Below are positions 28,242 through 35,721 of a stretch of DNA of 48,803 bases, one piece after another. Each line of letters starts with the position of its first letter. Position 1 is the stretch's first letter. The notes under the pieces are model-generated. The model ran no database searches. It worked only from the letters and a program-made list of their open reading frames with translations, and had not been told where the DNA came from. The DNA comes from a virus (lineage: Duplodnaviria; Caudoviricetes): IMG/VR virus record IMGVR_UViG_3300021408_000008, positions 1 to 48,803 of that record, one strand, 5' to 3'. The position numbers and the translations under genes were made by a program.

Positions 28242-28388
28242 CTACGAGTTGGGAGCCCACCGGTAGAAGCGGGTCCCCATCACGTGTCGATAGCCGCCAC
28301 CGACTTCGATGAACTCCGGCCACGGTTCAGACGAGTCCAGTTGCTCCCCGTCATGCGGTCCCCCCACCAACTCCAGGGGACCAGACAT
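28242..28388 (-). CDS. Small protein (48 aa, not in the ORF track)
   Basis: MSGPLELVGGPHDGEQ...FYRW; TGATG coupling. Confidence 0.55.
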   Translation of the reverse strand: MSGPLELVGGPHDGEQLDSSEPWPEFIEVGGGYRHVMGTRFYRWAPNS

Positions 28389-28852
28389 CAGAGCCTCTTG
28401 CGCTTGTCCTCAGCCTCCGGCGGGCTCTCCACAACGACGTTGCCGTCACTGTCCAGCTGCTGACCGAGGTCGTTGTACAGCGGCTTCCCGTCGTCGTCGA
28501 ACTGCGGCGAAGAGGCGACGTGCACCCGGTGCAGGGCCTCCTGGGCTTCCGCTTCGGCTTCGCGGGCGTGACGGCGGCGCTCGTCGTCGGAGCGCTGACG
28601 CTTCGCCTCGTCGGCAGCAGCCTCCTCGTGGTCAACGACGGGGGCGGCCCCATCGAGGCCAGCGAGGGTGGTTTCGCGGGTCCCCGTGACACCCATCTCC
28701 TTGGCACGGACCTCGTCGCTGGACTCCTGGATGTTGCGTCCACTGACCGAACCGGGCCCACCGCGGTGCTCGATGGGGGTGGCGTTGTCGTTCTTCTCGG
28801 CGTTCTCGCTGACGGCCACTTCCGGGCTGTCCTCAGTCTTCTTGGCGCTCAC
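28388..28852 (-). CDS. Acidic, probably disordered hypothetical protein
   Basis: GTG start just after the upstream stop; E/D-rich. Confidence 0.6.
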   Translation of the reverse strand: MSAKKTEDSPEVAVSENAEKNDNATPIEHRGGPGSVSGRNIQESSDEVRAKEMGVTGTRETTLAGLDGAAPVVDHEEAAADEAKRQRSDDERRRHAREAEAEAQEALHRVHVASSPQFDDDGKPLYNDLGQQLDSDGNVVVESPPEAEDKRKRL

Positions 28853-28853
28853 T

Positions 28854-29222
28854 TCAGTCTCCGATCCTGGTTGCGGTGATGGAGGCGACGTAAACCACCG
28901 AAGCGGTCCCGGCGCCGTTGGTGTTGACGGACAGGTTCTGGGTGCCGTCGACACGGATGTTGGTTTCACAGCTGTACTGCTGGCCCGCGATGCGGGTGGT
29001 GGCCATCCTCTTAATGGCGACTGCGGCGCGGCGAAGGACGAAGTTCCCGTCCTCGCCAGCTCCGGGGGTCCCAGCGGCGTGGCAACACTCGACCCGCACC
29101 TTATACATGCCCGCAGCGGGGGTGGTGAGGGTGACAAGCGCAGCGCCGGACGCGGGGGCGGTGGCGGTACCGAAGTTGTTGAGGCTCTCGGTATCGACTT
29201 CATCTGTGGAGAGGGGCATCAC
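28854..29222 (-). CDS. Hypothetical beta-rich protein (possibly virion-associated)
   Basis: RBS AAGGAGG; T/A/G-rich with a TPAAGMYKVRV motif. Confidence 0.6.
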   Translation of the reverse strand: MMPLSTDEVDTESLNNFGTATAPASGAALVTLTTPAAGMYKVRVECCHAAGTPGAGEDGNFVLRRAAVAIKRMATTRIAGQQYSCETNIRVDGTQNLSVNTNGAGTASVVYVASITATRIGD

Positions 29223-29479
29223 TCCTCCTTGTTCTCAGGTGTACCCAGCGTAGACAGCTCATGCAGCTCGCGACACACCCCGCACCGGGGGCCGTCGAGG
29301 AGCCGGGTGGGCCACCCGCAGCCTTCACAGTCCACTTCCGCTGTCTCGGCGGGTCCTTCGAACCCCATGTCCCAGGCGATCTTCTGCGCGTAGGCGTAAG
29401 CGATCTGCGCGTCAGTGAAGCGCCCCATGGTGTCTCTCACCGCTGCACCGTTCGGGTGACCAGCTTCCCGCATTCGCAT
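29219..29479 (-). CDS. Hypothetical protein with two CxxC motifs
   Basis: CEGC...CGVC; start codon uncertain. Confidence 0.55.
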   Translation of the reverse strand: MRMREAGHPNGAAVRDTMGRFTDAQIAYAYAQKIAWDMGFEGPAETAEVDCEGCGWPTRLLDGPRCGVCRELHELSTLGTPENKEE

Positions 29480-29952
29480 TCGAACTCGCCGAACTCGTCG
29501 CCCTTGTCGAACCAGAGCCGCTTCGCGTCGGCGGGCTTGCGAGAGTTGATGCGGTGCCAGTGCCGCTGGGTGGGGCTGATGAACGCCTCCTCCTCACTGG
29601 GGGTCAGGGCCGCCTCTTCCTCCACCTTGCGAAGGGCCTCGTTCTCGTCGGCGATCTCGTCTTCGGTCATCTCATGTCCGGCGTAGGGCATCAGGTCCAC
29701 CTCCTCCTTCGGCTTGGAGGTGACCTCATTTTCGATCGGGAGCTTCGGCTGCACCAGCTTCGGCGGGTAGGCGGCGGCCTCAGCCTTGGTGTAGGTGGTT
29801 TCCAACATCCGCTGGCCGTACAGCAGCGCCAACTGGGCGACAGAGGTCCTAGTGGACCCCGCCTTCTGCGCGAGGGAGTCCATGCGCGCTACCAGGGCCG
29901 CAGGAACCCTCACCTTCAGCTGGACCTGATCGGTCCCTTCTAGGTTCTCCAT
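29437..29952 (-). CDS. Ribbon-helix-helix (CopG/Arc-like) DNA-binding protein
   Basis: QVQLKVRVPAALVARMDSLAQKAGSTRTSVAQLAL fits the RHH pattern; first gene of the leftward arm. Confidence 0.7.
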   Translation of the reverse strand: MENLEGTDQVQLKVRVPAALVARMDSLAQKAGSTRTSVAQLALLYGQRMLETTYTKAEAAAYPPKLVQPKLPIENEVTSKPKEEVDLMPYAGHEMTEDEIADENEALRKVEEEAALTPSEEEAFISPTQRHWHRINSRKPADAKRLWFDKGDEFGEFECECGKLVTRTVQR

Positions 29953-30112
29953 GGTTCCAGCCTACTCCTAGGGAGGGACCAGATAGGTGACGATCAGGTA
30001 CCGGTTCCAGAGACCATATTCGGACCTACATACATACTCCACGGGCCCCCCACGCGGCACACCCCCCCTTACTGACCTGCACTTATGCACCTGTATGCGA
30101 GTGAATGCTCAC

Positions 30113-30127
30113 ATTCAACGGTTGAAT
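30113..30127 (-). promoter_or_regulatory. 15-bp palindromic site (site 3, leftward orientation)
   Basis: ATTCAACGGTTGAAT on the + strand, in the divergent control region. Confidence 0.9.
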
Positions 30128-30320
30128 GACATAGATGACAGGACCATTGGTCTAGAAAGGGAAACTTCCCCTCTTCTTGGGTGTGTGTGTATGCAGGTCA
30201 CCGCGTATGGCACGCACCCTTGTACGAGCCTGGCACTATTGACACGACCGATAGGCTGGAACTAGTTCCACCGCACAGACAAGGCAAGACACCAGGCGCA
30301 GGACGCGCAAGGTGAGGTTG

Positions 30321-30349
30321 ACCAGCCATTCAACCGTTGAATGGCTGGT
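30321..30349 (+). promoter_or_regulatory. 15-bp palindromic site (site 4, core 30328-30342) extended to 14-bp arms
   Basis: ACCAGCCATTCAAC-C-GTTGAATGGCTGGT, just upstream of the HTH gene. Confidence 0.9.
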
Positions 30350-30369
30350 GAGCAGGAAGGTAGAGAGCA

Positions 30370-31284
30370 ATGACGAAGAGCAACCGCAAGGCCACCAGCG
30401 CAACCAGCAGCAAGGCGCACGCGAACCAGCCGCGCCAGCTCACCGCAGTGGACAAGGCCGTGGCGGCCATCGTCGCTGCGAGCAAGGCGACACAGCCGGG
30501 CAACATCCCCACCACGGACGAGCAGCGTCGTGCCGCCGTCCTCACCGTCACCAACCTCGCATCGGGTCAGGTCACCGACACCATGCGCGAGTTCGTGAAG
30601 GCGAACGCGCACCTCGTGCGTGAGTCCTCCACCAGCGCGGCCGTCAACGCGACGAAGGCCGAGGATGCGTTCAAGGTGGCGGAGAAGACTCTCGCCGACC
30701 GCAAGGCAGCGCGGGCCGAGGCCATCAAGCTGGCGAAGGCGCGCACCGCCGATGAGGTGCGCTTCGTGCACCGCAGCGTCACCGTGCACAAGATCTTCAC
30801 TCAGCGTGAGCTGATGGACCTGTGGGAGCTGCGTCAGTCGCAGGCCTCCAACATCGGGCGCGCGGGCAAGATGGCCGACAAGCTGGGTGTTCTCGGCAAC
30901 AACGAGGCTGTCGGGTTCCTGCTGACCAACATCAGCAAGAACAGCAAGACACTCACCAGCGCGGTCGACAAGCCGGGCGCGACCCTCACCACGGTGCGTG
31001 AGGCCATCACCGGTGCGACCGCCGCGAAGGCGAGCAAGCCGAGCGAGTCGCTGTCCGTTCAGGCGCACAAGGATGTCGCGAAGGTGATCAACGACCTTCG
31101 TGTCCTCATGGCCAACGGGCACCAGGTCGCCGACATCGGCGACGTGAAGGGGACGGCGCTGGTGGGTGAGCTGCACACTCAGCTCGCTCTCTACGCGCGC
31201 AAGTACGACATCGCGGGCCTGCCGCTGGTCATCGACGGTCCGACCGACGATGAGCTGGCCGACATCGAGCAGGCCAACGCCTGA
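30370..31284 (+). CDS. Ala/Lys-rich protein with a central HTH; candidate binder of the 15-bp sites
   Basis: FTQRELMDLWELRQSQASNIGR resembles the ParB/Xre-type HTH; apparently monocistronic, strong codon bias, a palindrome on each side. Confidence 0.6.
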   Translation: MTKSNRKATSATSSKAHANQPRQLTAVDKAVAAIVAASKATQPGNIPTTDEQRRAAVLTVTNLASGQVTDTMREFVKANAHLVRESSTSAAVNATKAEDAFKVAEKTLADRKAARAEAIKLAKARTADEVRFVHRSVTVHKIFTQRELMDLWELRQSQASNIGRAGKMADKLGVLGNNEAVGFLLTNISKNSKTLTSAVDKPGATLTTVREAITGATAAKASKPSESLSVQAHKDVAKVINDLRVLMANGHQVADIGDVKGTALVGELHTQLALYARKYDIAGLPLVIDGPTDDELADIEQANA

Positions 31285-31294
31285 CCGACACACA

Positions 31295-31331
31295 AGCGCC
31301 GCGCTCCCCGATGTGGGAAGCGCGGCGCTTT
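31295..31331 (+). terminator. Intrinsic terminator
   Basis: AAGCGCCGCGCT-CCC...GGGA-AGCGCGGCGCTT followed by TCGTGT. Confidence 0.8.
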
Positions 31332-31342
31332 CGTGTGCCCAC

Positions 31343-31357
31343 ATTCAACCGTTGAAT
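31343..31357 (+). promoter_or_regulatory. 15-bp palindromic site (site 5)
   Basis: Exact motif just after the terminator. Confidence 0.9.
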
Positions 31358-31613
31358 GATCATGCTTCCCCGCGCCCGCCGCCGGGATGAAGGGGACGCG
31401 GGGAAGGGTGCACCGCGAGATGCGTATCCGACCCTAGTGCGTGGTGTGGGCCGGTGCACCGAGATGTCGGGGTTGTTGCACGAACAATGGACTTGGTGTG
31501 TACACAGTGGCACGTATGCCATGGGTACCCCCGTGACCTTGCTGTGACCTTGACGTGGCAGTGCTGCATATACAGTGCTCACCCACACTATGTTCATAGT
31601 GGTGTTAGGCCCA

Positions 31614-31642
31614 TTGACATAATGTATCAAACGTGGTATACT
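31614..31642 (+). promoter_or_regulatory. Strong sigma70/HrdB-type early promoter
   Basis: TTGACA-N17-TATACT with extended -10 TG. Confidence 0.85.
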
Positions 31643-31688
31643 CAGAGGGTAAGTGGGCTTTCTGCCCCAGGCACCGAAGGAGCAGGGG

Positions 31689-31703
31689 ATTCAACCGTTG
31701 AAT
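31689..31703 (+). promoter_or_regulatory. 15-bp palindromic site (site 6)
   Basis: Exact motif in the 5' leader, about 40 nt downstream of the predicted start site. Confidence 0.9.
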
Positions 31704-31728
31704 CTCCCATCACAGCGAGGAGCGGAAC

Positions 31729-32160
31729 ATGTGCGGTGGCTACACCAGCAACGTCAGCGACGACAGTCAGTTCGTCGAGGCGCCCAGCACGCGGCCCGAG
31801 ACGATCGTGAAGGACGACCGCCCCAACCACACCACCTACGTCAGCGGCCCCGGTGTGGCGTTCCACACCATCCGTGACACCGCCCCCAGCGTGGAGCTGT
31901 TCGGCGCGCTCGTCGGCGGCGACAACGGCACGCTGGTGCACAACCAGGACGGCTCCGGCTGCACGGTCGTGCTGTGGGACGAGGCCAGTCAGGTCTTCAA
32001 CCTCCTCACGACCGCGTTCGGGCCCGAGGAGCAGGCCCTCTACCACGCGTCGAAGGACGAGTGGGAGGACTACCTCTCCGACCCGGCGATCCAGGACGAG
32101 GCGCAGTCCGGCGTGTCGCGTCGCGCGCGTCAGGAGCTGACTGACGCCTTCACCCGCTGA
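31729..32160 (+). CDS. Early hypothetical protein
   Basis: RBS GAGGAG; strong GC3 bias. Confidence 0.75.
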   Translation: MCGGYTSNVSDDSQFVEAPSTRPETIVKDDRPNHTTYVSGPGVAFHTIRDTAPSVELFGALVGGDNGTLVHNQDGSGCTVVLWDEASQVFNLLTTAFGPEEQALYHASKDEWEDYLSDPAIQDEAQSGVSRRARQELTDAFTR

Positions 32161-32163
32161 GGC

Positions 32164-32430
32164 ATGCTCAACATTCGCTACGTGCCCACGAAGGACGAGT
32201 TCCTGCGCTTCGTGGAGCGGATGTATGTGTGCAAGGTGTCGTATCCGACCCGCAAGGCGGACGCGCCATCGTATGCGTCGTATGACGACTGCATGATCCC
32301 TGGGTGGGTTGTCGCCACACGTGACGAGGGGCACTGTTACGTGGAGCGCAACAACACCGACTGGGACATCGTCATCTGCACAGATGGCGAGAAGGACCCG
32401 CGTGAGGATTGGGAGTTCATCGAACCCTGA
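32164..32430 (+). CDS. Hypothetical protein
   Basis: Starts 3 nt after the upstream stop. Confidence 0.65.
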   Translation: MLNIRYVPTKDEFLRFVERMYVCKVSYPTRKADAPSYASYDDCMIPGWVVATRDEGHCYVERNNTDWDIVICTDGEKDPREDWEFIEP

Positions 32431-32435
32431 CCCAC

Positions 32436-32576
32436 GCGGAAGGGTGGACCCAATCACCCCCCGAGGGGGTCCGCCAGGGGGCCCGGCTGTTCCTGCTGAA
32501 GGGATGGTCGGGTCCCCGCTCGGGGTGCCATGGCAGGGGCCAATCAGGCCGAGAGGTTCGATCCCTCTCCACCCCA
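32436..32576 (+). ncRNA. Structured RNA candidate ending in a 55-nt tRNA-like element (32522-32576)
   Basis: Branched hairpin, then a long G-U-rich hairpin, then an acceptor-like stem GGGGTG/CACCCC and a T-arm GAGAGG-TTCGATC-CCTCTC. Confidence 0.55.
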
Positions 32577-32583
32577 CTTCGGT

Positions 32584-32598
32584 ATTCAACCGTTGAAT
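32584..32598 (+). promoter_or_regulatory. 15-bp palindromic site (site 7)
   Basis: Exact motif 7 nt after the tRNA-like element. Confidence 0.9.
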
Positions 32599-32620
32599 GC
32601 CAATCACCGAGGAGCAGCCC

Positions 32621-32998
32621 ATGAGCATCACCGTCAGCGACATCACGATCACGTCACGAGTGTGTGTTGTCGAGGATGAAGCACACATCTGCATGCAGGT
32701 CACGACCCCCAACGGGCTGGTGCGCTTCGAGCGCTCCATGTTCGACCCGAAGGAGATCCCGGCCACGCTGCCCGATCACGAGGCGGACCTGCTGAACCTG
32801 GCACTGGTGCACAACATCGTGCACGAGATCGACCAGGACCCCGCGTGGGTGCAGCAGTGGAACGAGCTGCTCCAGCCCGACCTGGTCAACCTGTACTTCC
32901 TGGTCAAGGCCAGCGGCACGCTGGCGCTGTGCAAGGCCCTCAACGAGCACCAGCGCGAGGTGAACGCGATCCTCACTCGTCTGGGGGTGCTCACCTGA
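32621..32998 (+). CDS. Hypothetical protein
   Basis: RBS GAGGAG. Confidence 0.7.
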   Translation: MSITVSDITITSRVCVVEDEAHICMQVTTPNGLVRFERSMFDPKEIPATLPDHEADLLNLALVHNIVHEIDQDPAWVQQWNELLQPDLVNLYFLVKASGTLALCKALNEHQREVNAILTRLGVLT

Positions 32999-33354
32999 TG
33001 GGCCGGTCCACCGGGCTGGCTCCAGAGGTCTTCGATGACGTAGTGGTCACACCGGACATCGAGGCGTGGCTGAGGGGCGAGGTGGAGATGCCTTGCACTG
33101 TCGTCAAGATCTTCTTCTTCATGGGCATGGAGTACGAGCGCAAGCCCTGCAAGCGCAAGGCCAACTGGATGGCGCTGTGGCGAATGTTCTGCCGCCACCC
33201 GGGTGGTCCCGAGTTCCTGTGCAACAGGCACAAGAGGGACGCCGAGAGAGGACGAATCTCCTGCGCATACTCTCCCGGACCGGGGCGCCCAGGAGGGTGC
33301 CCAGCCCCTCAGGTCACCTACATCGAGCGCATCACGAAGAGGTGGTGGCAGTGA
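32998..33354 (+). CDS. Cys-rich hypothetical protein (paralog A1)
   Basis: TGATG coupling; DIEAWLRGEVEMPC...TYIERI. Confidence 0.7.
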   Translation: MGRSTGLAPEVFDDVVVTPDIEAWLRGEVEMPCTVVKIFFFMGMEYERKPCKRKANWMALWRMFCRHPGGPEFLCNRHKRDAERGRISCAYSPGPGRPGGCPAPQVTYIERITKRWWQ

Positions 33355-33665
33355 CGTTCACTGTGGCTGAGCCTGAGGTCATCCTGCCTGACCTGTCGGG
33401 TGTGGAGGACCTGGAAGCGTGGCTGAAGGGCGAGATCGAGAAGCCCTGCGAGCTGACCAAGTTCGGGATCAAATGTGGTCACCCCGCGAGCTGGCTCGCC
33501 GTGTTCGACCTGGTCTGCTGTGGGCGCGGGGGGATGCACCGGTTCATCTGTGACGGGTGCAAGGCGCTGATCGAGAGCGACGGAGACCTACCCCCCGGTG
33601 CCGCTTTCCACACCATCTGCGGGGGTCACGCCAAGATGACGTTCATCGAACGGATCAAGGAGTAG
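33351..33665 (+). CDS. Cys-rich hypothetical protein (paralog A2)
   Basis: GTGA coupling; DLEAWLKGEIEKPC...TFIERI. Confidence 0.7.
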   Translation: MTFTVAEPEVILPDLSGVEDLEAWLKGEIEKPCELTKFGIKCGHPASWLAVFDLVCCGRGGMHRFICDGCKALIESDGDLPPGAAFHTICGGHAKMTFIERIKE

Positions 33666-33668
33666 TTG

Positions 33669-33899
33669 ATGCCGAAGAGTCAGGGCGGCAAGGGCAACCC
33701 CGCTGCGCACCGCATGGGGAACATGGGGCGCAAGGTGGGGCGTGCTCTTGCCTACAAGAGGGGTGAGGAGCGCAAGGAGGCGCGTCGTAAGGCGCAGCGT
33801 GAGCGTGAGGCAGCGAACCGCGCCCTGCGTGCTCTGGGCCTCCCCACCCCGTGGGAAGAGGCCAAGGCGAAGGCCAAGGCGAAGAAGGAGGCGAAGTGA
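33669..33899 (+). CDS. Small, highly basic protein
   Basis: K/R/A-rich; RBS AAGGAG. Confidence 0.7.
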   Translation: MPKSQGGKGNPAAHRMGNMGRKVGRALAYKRGEERKEARRKAQREREAANRALRALGLPTPWEEAKAKAKAKKEAK

Positions 33900-34423
33900 A
33901 CGACGCAACGAAGTTGGAACACCCGTCGTGGCTGCACCTGGTGTCGGGGTGGGCGAGCGTCAAGGGGACCCGTGTGCACGGGTACTTCTTCCAGACCGAC
34001 GACAACCGCACGGTGTGGTTCTACTCCGACCAGCCGGTCGATGGCATGCACACCCACCAGGCGTCAACGGCTGTGGGCTTCGAGAAGGACGGTGGGACCA
34101 AGGAGGATTCAACTGTTGAATCCCCAACCCTCTCGATCGAGGACGGTTGGAAGCAGCTCCAAGAGCTGAAGACCATGGTCGTCAGGGAACTCCGCAAGAT
34201 CAACGACTGGACGACCCTGAAAGAACTGGACCTGGCTCGTGAGTACAACATCACCACCGACGTGCGCCACGTCCACTCGAAGGTGCTCGCCACCGATGAG
34301 GAGGACGCGAAGAAGACGGTGCTGGCGAAGATGCAGCTGAAGACGGGGAAGAGCAACGACTTCCTCTCCCACCGCACCGTCGAGGTCGTGCGTCAGGTCG
34401 CGCAGGAGGTGACGGAGAAGTGA
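33896..34423 (+). CDS. Hypothetical protein
   Basis: RBS AAGGAGG; contains palindrome site 8. Confidence 0.7.
   Translation: MNDATKLEHPSWLHLVSGWASVKGTRVHGYFFQTDDNRTVWFYSDQPVDGMHTHQASTAVGFEKDGGTKEDSTVESPTLSIEDGWKQLQELKTMVVRELRKINDWTTLKELDLAREYNITTDVRHVHSKVLATDEEDAKKTVLAKMQLKTGKSNDFLSHRTVEVVRQVAQEVTEK
34107..34121 (+). promoter_or_regulatory. 15-bp palindromic site variant ATTCAACTGTTGAAT (site 8, intragenic)
   Basis: Central base is T; encodes DSTVES. Confidence 0.85.
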
Positions 34424-34644
34424 AGTCCCGAGACGCTGCCCTGATCCTGTTCCTCACCATCGTCATCGCCGTCCTCTCCTACCTGGTTGGGGTGCGTGAC
34501 GGCGAGAACAACGACACCGGCAAGGCACCGGATGGCCCCGTGTCCAAGCTGGTGCCGTTGCACGAGTTCTACGGGCCGCTCGATCCGCACGCTGAGGACG
34601 ACGCTGGCTGGAACTGCCTCACGCAGGGCGGAAGGTCCTGCTGA
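34420..34644 (+). CDS. Small membrane-anchored protein
   Basis: N-terminal TM segment; C-terminal EDDAGWNCLTQG. Confidence 0.65.
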   Translation: MKSRDAALILFLTIVIAVLSYLVGVRDGENNDTGKAPDGPVSKLVPLHEFYGPLDPHAEDDAGWNCLTQGGRSC

Positions 34645-34859
34645 TGCAGGCCGACAAGCGAATCATCAAGAACATCCGCCACGAGTGGGTGCTGAAGGCA
34701 CCGGCCCACTACACCGAGGTGGAGAAGGCTGTTGCTGCGGCCATCAACCAGAGCCAGCTCCAGCTGCCTGGGGCACGTGTCGGTGACATCTTCATCAGCT
34801 CCGAGGACGATGAGCTGATCATCGTCTCGTTCACCGTCGAGACGGGCATGGACCGGTGA
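34644..34859 (+). CDS. Hypothetical protein
   Basis: TGATG coupling. Confidence 0.65.
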   Translation: MQADKRIIKNIRHEWVLKAPAHYTEVEKAVAAAINQSQLQLPGARVGDIFISSEDDELIIVSFTVETGMDR

Positions 34860-34888
34860 ACCGAGGAAAGTCCAGATAGCCCATGTAC

Positions 34889-34931
34889 CTCAGTGGGGCG
34901 GGGTGGTGGCTGCTTCCCCCGCCCCACTGAG
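34889..34931 (+). terminator. Intergenic stem-loop
   Basis: CTCAGTGGGGCGGGG...CCCCGCCCCACTGAG, 15-bp stem. Confidence 0.65.
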
Positions 34932-34954
34932 AGCCACCGAAGGGAGTGTGCACC

Positions 34955-35242
34955 ATGGAAGTACAGGACCCACGTGGGGACACCTGGTCTCTGCGCACTG
35001 CATTCATGCTCGAACTGATCGGGACGTCCCTGGTCGCGTTGAGCTGGAGCGCCACCGTGTTGTGGCTGCTCTGGAACGAGTCCGCTGGCTGGGCCGCGCT
35101 CACGTTCATCTGCCCGCCGCTGGTCGTCTTCACCGCATGGATGACTGAGGGCACCGGCGCGATGGCAGCTGAGTGGGGGCTGGTGTTCGGCGTCCTCGCG
35201 TGCCTGCTCGGCTTCTTCATCTCGGCCGGGAGGCGCAAGTGA
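34955..35242 (+). CDS. Membrane protein (about 3 TM segments)
   Basis: Hydrophobic segments; RBS AAGGGAG. Confidence 0.65.
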   Translation: MEVQDPRGDTWSLRTAFMLELIGTSLVALSWSATVLWLLWNESAGWAALTFICPPLVVFTAWMTEGTGAMAAEWGLVFGVLACLLGFFISAGRRK

Positions 35243-35721
35243 GCAGCGAGACACTGACGATCATCATCCTCGGAGTCACCTGGGCGACTGCCAACACAGT
35301 CGTTATCTACCTGACCAACCGGGGCGTCAAGTTCCAGGTCAGCGAGCTGCTGCGGGTAGCGCAGCTGGATCAGATCACCTGGTCGTGGCGAGACGACGTC
35401 AAGGGCCCACTGCTGGACTTGAAGCAGAAGATCGATGTGGCTGACTTCGACGCCAAGGTGGGGATGGATTCAACCGTTGAATCCCAGCCCATCGGTGGCT
35501 GGACCCCCAAAGGGTGGGAGTGGAAGTTCTGCTACCTGAAGGTGGGCGGCACCGTCATTCATCGTGTCGACTGTCGCCGTGCGCCGCACATGGACCGCCG
35601 AGCTGACGTGTGGGCGTACACCGAGGAGGAGGCGGCCCTGTTCGCCCGGGAGGCGGACATGCGTCCCTGTGACATCTGCAAGCCGTTCGCGTGGCCGGTG
35701 AAGGAGGCAGTCGATGGGTGA
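35239..35721 (+). CDS. Membrane-anchored protein with a C-terminal Ada-like metal-binding motif
   Basis: N-terminal TM; VIHRVDCRR...EEEA...MRPCDICKP. Confidence 0.6.
   Translation: MSSETLTIIILGVTWATANTVVIYLTNRGVKFQVSELLRVAQLDQITWSWRDDVKGPLLDLKQKIDVADFDAKVGMDSTVESQPIGGWTPKGWEWKFCYLKVGGTVIHRVDCRRAPHMDRRADVWAYTEEEAALFAREADMRPCDICKPFAWPVKEAVDG
35468..35482 (+). promoter_or_regulatory. 15-bp palindromic site (site 9, intragenic)
   Basis: Exact motif; encodes DSTVES. Confidence 0.9.

Noticed and set aside
32522-32576. Canonical tRNA gene
   Set aside because: It is only 55 nt, with no 7-nt anticodon loop or full D-arm; it is reported as tRNA-like instead.
34863-34873. GAGGAAAGTCC, matching the conserved RNase P RNA P4 5' motif
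   Set aside because: Only about 95 nt of intergenic space is available and no matching 3' P4 strand or other RNase P elements were seen.
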